The notes under the pieces are model-generated. The model made no database searches and had not been told where the DNA came from. It saw nothing but the letters and a program-made list of their open reading frames with translations. A program made the position numbers and the translations under genes. Below are positions 55,301 through 64,000 of a stretch of 64,000 bases of DNA, piece by piece (position 1 is the first letter of the stretch; every line of letters starts with the position of its first letter). Location: assembly GCA_043228905.1 (NCBI GenBank), contig JBHGNT010000006.1, positions 186,001 to 250,000 of the forward strand, in the 5' to 3' direction. Source of the DNA: Azolla caroliniana (taxonomy: Eukaryota > Plantae > Polypodiophyta).

Positions 55301-58300
55301 TGGTAATTTCGTCATGTCTCTCGACCTGAGTTTCAAAACCTTGATTTTTTAATTCCATATCATAGCTAGCGTTGTTAGCTTCGATTCGCATGTTTGAACA
55401 CAAAAATCCGATGTCACACGAGCCAGGTATGAACATTTTAATTTACCTACTAGCTCTTCTCAACTCAATCCTCAAATTTGGTAATTTCGTCATGTCTCTC
55501 GACCTGAGTTTCAAAATCTTGATTTTTTAATTCCATATCATAGCTAGCGTTGTTAGCTTCGATTCGCATGTTTGTACACAAAAATCCGATATCACACGAG
55601 CCAGGTATGAACAATTTAATTCACCTACTAGCTCTTCTCAACTCAGTCCTCAAATTTGGTAATTTCGTCATGTCTCTGAAGCTGAGTTTCAAAATCTTGA
55701 TTTTTTAATTCTATATGATAGCTAGCGTTGTTAGCTTCGATTCGCATGTTTGAACACAAAAATCCGATATCACACGAGCCAGGTATGAACATTTTAATTT
55801 ACCTACTAGCTCTTCTCAACTCAATCCTCAAATTTGGTAATTTCGTCATGTCTCTCGACCTGACTTTCAAAATCTTGATTTTTTAATTCCATATCATAGC
55901 TAGCGTTGTTAGCTTCGATTCGCATGTTTGAACACAAAAATCCGGTATCACACGAGCCAGGTATGAACATTTTTATTTACTCCAGGGCTCCTCTCAACTC
56001 GCTCCTTAAATTTTGTAATTACGTCATGTCTCTCGACCTGAGTTTCAAAATCTTGATTTTTTAATTCCATATCATAGCTAGCGTTGTTAGCTTCGATTCG
56101 CATATTTGTACTCAAAAATCCGATATCACACGAGCCAGGTATGAAGATTTTAATTTACCTACTAGCTCCTCTCAACTAACTCCTCAAATTTGGTAATTTC
56201 GTCATGTCTCTCGACCTGAGTTTCAGAATCTTGATTTTTTAATTCTATATCATAGCTAGCGGTGTTAGCTTCGATTCGCATATTTGTACTCAAAAATCCG
56301 ATATCACACGACCCAGGTATGAACATTTTAATTTACCTACTAGCTCTTCTCAACTCAGTCCTCAAATTTGGTAATTTCGTCATGTCTCTCGACCTGAGTT
56401 TCAAAATCTTGATTTTTTAAATCTATATGATAGCTAGCGTTGTTAGCTTCGATTCGCATGTTTGTACACGAAAATCCGATGTCACACGAACCAGGTATGA
56501 TCATTTTTATTTACCTACTAGCTCTTCTCAACTCACTCCTCAAATTTGGTAATTTCTTCATGTCTCTCGACCTGAGTTTCAAAATCTTGATTTTTTAATT
56601 CCATATCATAGCTAGCGTTGTTAGCTTCGATTCGCATGTTTGAACACAAAAATCCGATATCACACGAGCCAGGTATGAACATTTTTCTTTACTCAAGGGC
56701 TCCTCTCAACTCCCTCCCCAAATTTTGTAATTACGTCATGTCTCTCGATCTGAGTTTCAAAATCTTGATTTTTTAATTCCATATCATAGCTAGCGTTGTT
56801 AGCTTCGATTCGCATGTTTGAATACAAAAATCCAATGTCACACGAGCCAGGTATGAACATTTTAATTTACCTACTATCTCTTCTCAACTCAATCCTCAAA
56901 TTTGGTAATTTCGTCATGTCTCTCGACCTGAGTCTCAAAATCTTGATTTTTTAATTCCATATCATAGCTAGCGTTGTTAGCTTCGATTCGCATGTTTGAA
57001 TACAAAAATCCGATGTCACACGACCCAGGTATGAACATTTTAATTTACCTACTAGCTCTTCTCAACTCAGTCCTCAAATTTGGTAATTTCGTCATGTCTC
57101 TCGACCTGAGTTTCAAAATCTTGATTTTTTAATTCCATATCATAGCTAGCGTTGTTAGCTTCGATTCGCATATTTGTACTCAAAAATCCGATATCACACG
57201 AGCCAGGTATGAACATTTTAATTTACCTACTAGCTCTTCTCAACTCAATCCTCAAATTTGGTAATTTCGTCATGTCTCTCGACCTGAGTTTCAAAATCTT
57301 GATTTTTTAATTCCATATCATAGCTAGCGTTGTTAGCTTCGATTCGCATGTTTGTACACAAATATCCGATATCACACGAGCCAGGTATGAACATTTTAAT
57401 TTACCTACTAGCTCCTCTCAACTAACTCCTCAAATTTGGTAATTTCGTCATGTCTCTCGACCTGAGTTTCAAAATCTTTATTTTTTAATTCCATATCATA
57501 GCTAGCGTTGTTAGCTTCGATTCGCATATTTGTACTCAAAAATCCGATATCACACGAGCCAGGTATGAAGATTTTAATTTACCTACTAGCTCTTCTCAAC
57601 TCACTCCTCAAATTTCGTAATTACGTCATGTCTCTCGACCTGAGTTTCAGAATCTTGATTTTTTAATTCCATATCATAGCTAGCGTTGTTAGCTTCGATT
57701 CGCATGTTTGAACACAAAAATCCGATATCACACGAGCCAGGTATGAACATTTTAATTTACCTACTAGCTCTTCTCAACTCACTCCTCAAATTTCGTAATT
57801 ACGTCATGTCTCTCGACCTGAGTTTCAAAATCTTGATTTTTTAATTCCATATCATAGCTAGCGTTGTTAGCTTCGATTCGCATGTTTGAATACAAAAATC
57901 CGATGTCACACGAGCCAGGTATGAACAATTTAATTCACCTACTAGCTCTTCTCAACTCAGTCCTCAAATTTGGTAATTTCGTCATGTCTCTCGAGCTGAG
58001 TTTCAAAATCTTGATTTTTTAATTCTATATCATAGCTAGCTTGTTAGCTTCGATTCGCATGTTTGAACACAAAAATCCGATATCACACGAGCCAGGTATG
58101 ATCATTTTTATTTACCTACTAGCTCTCCTCAACTCACTCCTCAAATTTGGTAATTTCTTCATGTCTCTCGACCTGAGTTTCAAAATCTTGATTTTTTAAT
58201 TCCATATCATAGCTAGCGTTGTTAGCTTCGATTCGCATGTTTGAACACAAAAATCCGATATCACACGAGCCAGGTATGAACATTTTAATTTACCTACTAG

Positions 58301-61149
58301 CTCTTCTCAACTCAATCCTCAAATTTGGTAATTTCGTCATGTCTCTCGACCTGAGTTTCAAAATCTTGATTTTTTAATTCCATATCATAGCTAGCGTTGT
58401 TAGCTTCGATTCGCATGTTTGTACACAAAAATCCGATATCACACGAGCCAGGTATGAACATTTTAATTTACCTACTAGCTCTTCTCAACTCACTCCTCAA
58501 ATTTGGTAATTTCTTCATGTCTCTCGACCTGAGTTTCAGAATCTTGATTTTTTAATTCCATATCATAGCTAGCGTTGTTAGCTTCGATTCGCATGTTTGA
58601 ATACAAAAATCCAATGTCACACGAGCCAGGTATGAACATTTTAATTTACCTACTATCTCTTCTCAACTCAATCCTCAAATTTGGTAATTTCGTCATGTCT
58701 CTCGACCTGAGTTTCAAAATCTTGATTTTTTAATTCCATATCATAGCTAGCGTTGTTAGCTTCGATTCGCATGTTTGAATACAAAAATCCAATGTCACAC
58801 GAGCCAGGTATGAACATTTTAATTTACCTACTATCTCTTCTCAACTCAATCCTCAAATTTGGTAATTTCGTCATGTCTCTCGACCTGAGTTTCAAAATCT
58901 TGATTTTTTAATTCCATATCATAGCTAGCGTTGTTAGCTTCGATTCGCATATTTGTACTCAAAAATCCGATATCACACGAGCCAGGTATGAACATTTTAA
59001 TTTACCCACTAGCTCTTCTCAACTCACTCCTCAAATTTCGTAATTACGTCATGTCTCTCGACCTGAGTTTCAGAATCTTGATTTTTTAATTCCATATCAT
59101 AGCTAGCGTTGTTAGCTTCGATTCGCATGTTTGAATACAAAAATCCGATGTCACACGAGCCAGGTATGAACAATTTAATTCACCTACTAGCTCTTCTAAA
59201 CTCAGTCCTCAAATTTGGTAATTTCGTCATGTCTCTCGACCTGAGTTTCAAAATCTTGATTTTTTAATTCTATATGATAGCTAGCGTTGTTAGCTTCGAT
59301 TCGCATGTTTGAACACAAAAATCCGATATCACACGAGCCAGGTATGAACTTTTTAATTTACCTACTAGCTCTTCTCAACTCAATCCTCAAATTTGGTAAT
59401 TTCGTCATGTCTCTCGACCTGAGTTTCAAAACCTTGATTTTTTAATTCCATATCATAGCTAGCGTTGTTAGCTTCGATTCGCATGTTTGAACACAAAAAT
59501 CCGGTATCACACGAGCCAGGTATGAACATTTTTATTTACTCAAGGGCTCCTCTCAACTCGCTCCTCAAATTTTGTAATTACGTCATGTCTCTCGACCTGA
59601 GTTTCAAAATCTTGATTTTTTAATTCCATATCATAGCTAGCGTTGTTAGCTTCGATTCGCATATTTGTACTCAAAAATCCGATATCACACGAGCCAGGTA
59701 TGAAGATTTTAATTTACCTACTAGCTCCTCTCAACTAACTCCTCAAATTTGGTAATTTCGTCATGTCTCTCGACCTGAGTTTCAGAATCTTGATTTTTTA
59801 ATTCTATATCATAGCTAGCGGTGTTAGCTTCGATTCGCATATTTGAACTCAAAAATCCGATATCACACGACCCAGGTATGAACATTTTAATTTACCTACT
59901 AGCTCTTCTCAACTCAGTCCTCAAATTTGGTAATTTCGTCATGTCTCTCGACCTGAGTTTCAAAATCTTTATTTTTTAATTCCATATCATAGCTAGCGTT
60001 GTTTGCTTCGATTCGCATATTTGTACTCAAAAATCCGATATCACACGAGCCAGGTATGAACATTTTAATTTACCTACTAGCTCTTCTCAACTCACGCCTC
60101 AAATTTCGTAATTACGTCATGTCTCTCGACCTGAGTTTCAGAATCTTGATTTTTTAATTCCATATCATAGCTAGCGTTGTTAGCTTCGATTCGCATATTT
60201 GTACTCAAAAATCCGATATCACACGAGCCAGGTATGAACATTTTAATTTACCTACTAGCTCTTCTCAACTCACTCCTCAAATTTCGTAATTACGTCATGT
60301 CTCTCGACCTGAGTTTTAGAATCTTGATTTTTTAATTCCATATCATAGCTAGCGTTGTTAGCTTCGATTCGCATGTTTGAACACAAAAATCCGATATCAC
60401 ACGAGCCAGGTATGAAGATTTTAATTTACCTACTAGCTCTTCTCACCTCACTCCTCAAATTTCGTAATTACGTCATGTCTCTCGACCTGAGTTTCAAAAT
60501 CTTGATTTTTTAATTCCATATCATAGCTAGCGTTGTTAGCTTCGATTCGCATGTTTGTACACAAAAATCCGATATCACACGAGCCAGGTATGAACATTTT
60601 AATTTACCTAATAGCTCTTCTCAACTCAATCCTCAAATTTGGTAATTTCGTCATGTCTCTCGACCTTACTTTCAAAATCTTTATTTTTTAATTCCATATC
60701 ATAGCTAGCGTTGTTAGCTTCGATTCGCATGTTTGAACAGAAAAATCCGATATCACACGAGCCAGGTATGAACATTTTTATTTACTCAAGGGCTCCTCTC
60801 AACTCACTCCTCAAATTTTGTAATTACGTCATGTCTCTCGATCTGAGTTTCAAAATCTTGATTTTTTAATTCCATATCATAGCTAGCGTTGTTAGCTTCG
60901 ATTCGCATGTTTGAATACAGAAATCCAATGTCACACGAGCCAGGTATGAACATTTTAATTTACCTACTATCTCTTCTCAACTCAATCCTCAAATTTGGTA
61001 ATTTCGTCATGTCTCTCGACCTGAGTTTCAAAATCTTGATTTTTTAATTCCATATCATAGCTAGCGTTGTTAGCTTCGATTCGCATATTTGTACTCAAAA
61101 ATCCGATATCACACGAGCCAGGTATGAACATTTTAATTTACCCACTAGC

Positions 61150-63850
61150 TCTTCTCAACTCACGCCTCAAATTTCGTAATTACGTCATGTCTCTCGACCT
61201 GAGTTTCAGAATCTTGATTTTTTAATTCCATATCATAGCTAGCGTTGTTAGCTTCGATTCGCATATTTGTACTCAAAAATCAGATATCACACGAGCCAGG
61301 TATGAACATTTTAATTTACCTAGTAGCTCTTCTCAACTCACTCCTCAAATTTCGTAATTACGTCATGTCTCTCGACCTGAGTTTCAGAATCTTGATTTTT
61401 TAATTCCATATCATAGCTAGCGTTGTTAGCTTCGATTCGCATGTTTGAACAGAAAAATCCGATATCACACGAGCCAGGTATGAAGATTTTAATTTACCTA
61501 CTAGCTCTTCTCAACTCACTCCTCAAATTTGGTAATTACGTCATGTCTCTCGACCTGAGTTTCAAAATCTTTATTTTTTAATTCGATATCATAGCTAGCG
61601 TTGTTAGCTTCGATTCGCATGTTTGAATACAAAAATCCGATGTCACACGAGCCAGGTATGAACAATTTAATTCACCTACTAGCTCTTCTCAACTCAGTCC
61701 TCAAATTTGGTAATTTCGTCATGTCTCTCGAGCTGAGTTTCAAAATCTTCATTTTTTAATTCTATATCATAGCTAGCGTTGTTAGCTTCGATTCGCATGT
61801 TTGAACACAAAAATCCGATATCACACGAGCCAGGTATGATCATTTTTATTTACCTACTAGCTCTTCTCAACTCACTCCTCAAATTTGGTAATTTCTTCAT
61901 GTCTCTCGACCTGAGTTTCAAAATCTTGATTTTTTAATTCTATATGATAGCTAGCGTTGTTAGCTTCGATTCGCATGTTTGAACACAAAAATCCGATATC
62001 ACACGAGCCAGGTATGAACATTTTAATTTACCTACTAGCTCTTCTCAACTCAATCCTCAAATTTGGTAATTTCGTCATGTCTCTCGACCTGAGTTTCAAA
62101 ATCTTAATTTTTTAATTCCATATCATAGCTAGCGTTGTTAGCTTCGATTCGCATGTTTGAACACAAAAATCCGGTATCACACGAGCCAGGTATAAAAATT
62201 TTATTTACTCAAGGGCTCCTCTCAACTCGCTCCTCAAATTTTGTAATTACGTCATGTCTCTCGACCTGAGTTTCAAAATCTTGATATTTTAATTCCATAT
62301 CATAGCTAGCGTTGTTAGCTTCGATTCGCATATTTGTACTCAAAAATCCGATTTCACACGAGCCAGGTATGAAGATTTTAATTTACCTACTAGCTCCTCT
62401 CAACTAACTCCTCAAATTTGGTAATTTCGTCATGTCTCTCGACCTGAGTTTCAGAATCTTGATTTTTTAATTCTATATCATAGCTAGCGGTGTTAGCTTC
62501 GATTCGCATATTTGTACTCAAAAATCCGATATCACACGAGCCAGGTATGAACATTTTAATTTACCTACTAGCTCTTCTCAACTCAGTCCTCAAATTTGGT
62601 AATTTCGTCATGTCTCTCGACCTGAGTTTCAAAATCTTGATTTTTTAATTCTATATGATAGCTAGCGTTGTTAGCTTCGATTCGCATGTTTGTACACAAA
62701 AATCCCATATCACACGAACCAGGTATGATCATTTTTATTTACCTACTAGCTCTTCTCAACTCACTCCTCAAATTTTGTAATTTCGTCATGTCTCTCCACC
62801 TGAGTTTCAAAATCTTGATTTTTTAATTCCATATCATAGCTAGCGTTGTTAGCTTCGATTCGCATATTTGTACTCAAAAATCCGATATCACACGAGCAAG
62901 GTATGAACATTTTAATTTACATACTAGCTCTTCTCAACTCACTCCTCAAATTTCGTAATTACGTCATGTCTCTCGACCTGAGTTTCAAAATCTTGATTTT
63001 TTAATTCCATATCATAGCTAGCGTTGTTAGCTTCGATTCGCATATTTGTACTCAAAAATCCGATATCACACGAGCCAGGTATGAACATTTTAATTTACCT
63101 ACTAGCTCTTCTCAACTCACTCCTCAAATTTCGTAATTACGTCATGTCTCTCGACCTGAGTTTCAAAATCTTGATTTTTTAATTCCATATCATAGCTAGC
63201 GTTGTTAGCTTCGATTCGCATATTTGTACTTAAAAATCCGATATCACACGAGCCAGGTATGAACATTTTAATTTACCTACTAGCTCTTCTCAACTCACTC
63301 CTCAAATTTCGTAATTACGTCATGTCTCTCGACCTGAGTTTCAGAATCTTGACTTTTTAATTCCATATCATAGCTAGCGTTGTTAGCTTCGATTCGCATG
63401 TTTGAACACAAAAATCCGATATCACACGAGCCAGGTATGAAGATTTTAATTTACCTACTAGCTCTTCTCAACTCACTCCTCAAATTTCGTAATTACGTCA
63501 TGTCTCTCGACCTGAGTTTTAGAATCTTGATTTTTTAATTCCATATCATAGCTAGCGTTGTTAGCTTCGATTCGCATGTTTGAATACAAAAATCCGATGT
63601 CACACGAGCCAGGTATGAACAATTTAATTCACCTACTAGCTCTTCTCAACTCAGTCCTCAAATTTGGTATTTTCGTCATGTCTCTCGAGCTGAGTTTCAA
63701 AATCTTGATTTTTTAATTCTATATCATAGCTAGCGTTGTTAGCTTCGATTCGCATGTTTGAACACAAAAATCCGATATCACACGAGCCAGGTATGATCAT
63801 TTTTATTTACCTACTAGCTCTTCTCAACTCACTCCTCAAATTTGGTAATT
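61150..63850 (+). repeat. Copy 2 of the dispersed ~2.7-kb duplication
   Basis: The same ordered rare markers as 52.6-55.3 kb, including the 177-bp monomer (62116-62292 vs 53574-53750). Confidence 0.92.
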
Positions 63851-64000
63851 TCGTCATGTCTCTGAAGCTGAGTGTCAAAATCTTGATTTTTTAATTCCAT
63901 ATCATAGCTAGCGTTGTTAGCTTCGATTCGCATGTTTGAACACAAAAATCCGATATCACACGAGCCAGGTATGAACATTTTAATTTACCTACTATCTCTT

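Larger units (their letters stand above)
1..64000 (+). repeat. 178-bp tandem satellite DNA array, about 359.6 monomers, single orientation; probable centromeric or pericentromeric heterochromatin
   Basis: The unit TTC[C/T]ATAT[C/G]ATAGCTAGCGTTGTTAGCTTCGATTCGCATGTTTG[A/T]ACACAAAAATCCGATATCACACGAGCCAGGTATGAACATTTT[A/T]ATTTACCTACTAGCTCTTCTCAACTCA[C/A/G]TCCTCAAATTTGGTAATT[T/A]CGTCATGTCTCTCGACCTGAGTTTCAAAATCTTGATTTTTTAA recurs at 1, 179, 357 and onward. Phase was spot-checked to the end (starts at 1988, 8574, 8736, 12830, 12992, 15839, 50015, 50192, 53751, 58200, 62293, 63895). ORF spacings are all multiples of 178. The centromeric role is inferred only from monomer size and organisation. Confidence 0.99.
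47879..64000 (+). repeat. Right variant domain: less regular monomer order with a recurring 3-4 monomer module
   Basis: Enriched for GAAGATTTT, GCTCCTCTCAACTAAC, CGCATATTTGTACTC, TCCGGTATC, CTCGCTCC, GCGGTGTTAG, TTCTATATCATA and CACGCCTC. The diverged middle-domain monomer is absent. Confidence 0.78.

Noticed and set aside
1-64000. CRISPR-like repeat/spacer array or diversity cassette
   Set aside because: There are no unique spacers. Every position belongs to the 178-bp monomer, variation consists of shared point variants, and there are no cas, recombinase or reverse transcriptase genes.
1-64000. Transposon insertion, inversion or telomeric repeats
   Set aside because: Phase tracking accounts for the full length with same-strand monomers. 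I saw no foreign sequence or TTTAGGG/TTAGGG runs.

Overview
The whole 64-kb window is one uninterrupted, head-to-tail tandem satellite array: about 359.6 copies of a 178-bp monomer, roughly 35% GC (counted on monomer 1), all in one orientation. I see no genes, RNA genes, transposon insertions, inversions or unique DNA. The listed ORFs are by-products of single substitutions that remove a stop codon in the monomer. Monomer length and organisation resemble eukaryotic (peri)centromeric satellites, plant-like by inference, but I cannot name the family or species. The structure lies in how monomer variants are arranged. There are three variant domains (about 1-24.0 kb, 24.2-47.8 kb and 47.9-64 kb). 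Higher-order repeats (HORs) and block duplications have periods of 5, 6, 14, 23/24, 7 (six copies), 10, 11 and 17 monomers, and there are dispersed duplications at offsets of 31, 48, 51 and 85 monomers. Other features are an out-of-register 207-bp duplication, a 16-bp-deleted monomer present twice, an ~11%-diverged monomer recurring 14 times, a 192-monomer run with no net indel, and a hidden internal duplication (offset 81 bp) inside the monomer. All alignments were made by eye, so block boundaries are approximate. I found no protein-coding system.
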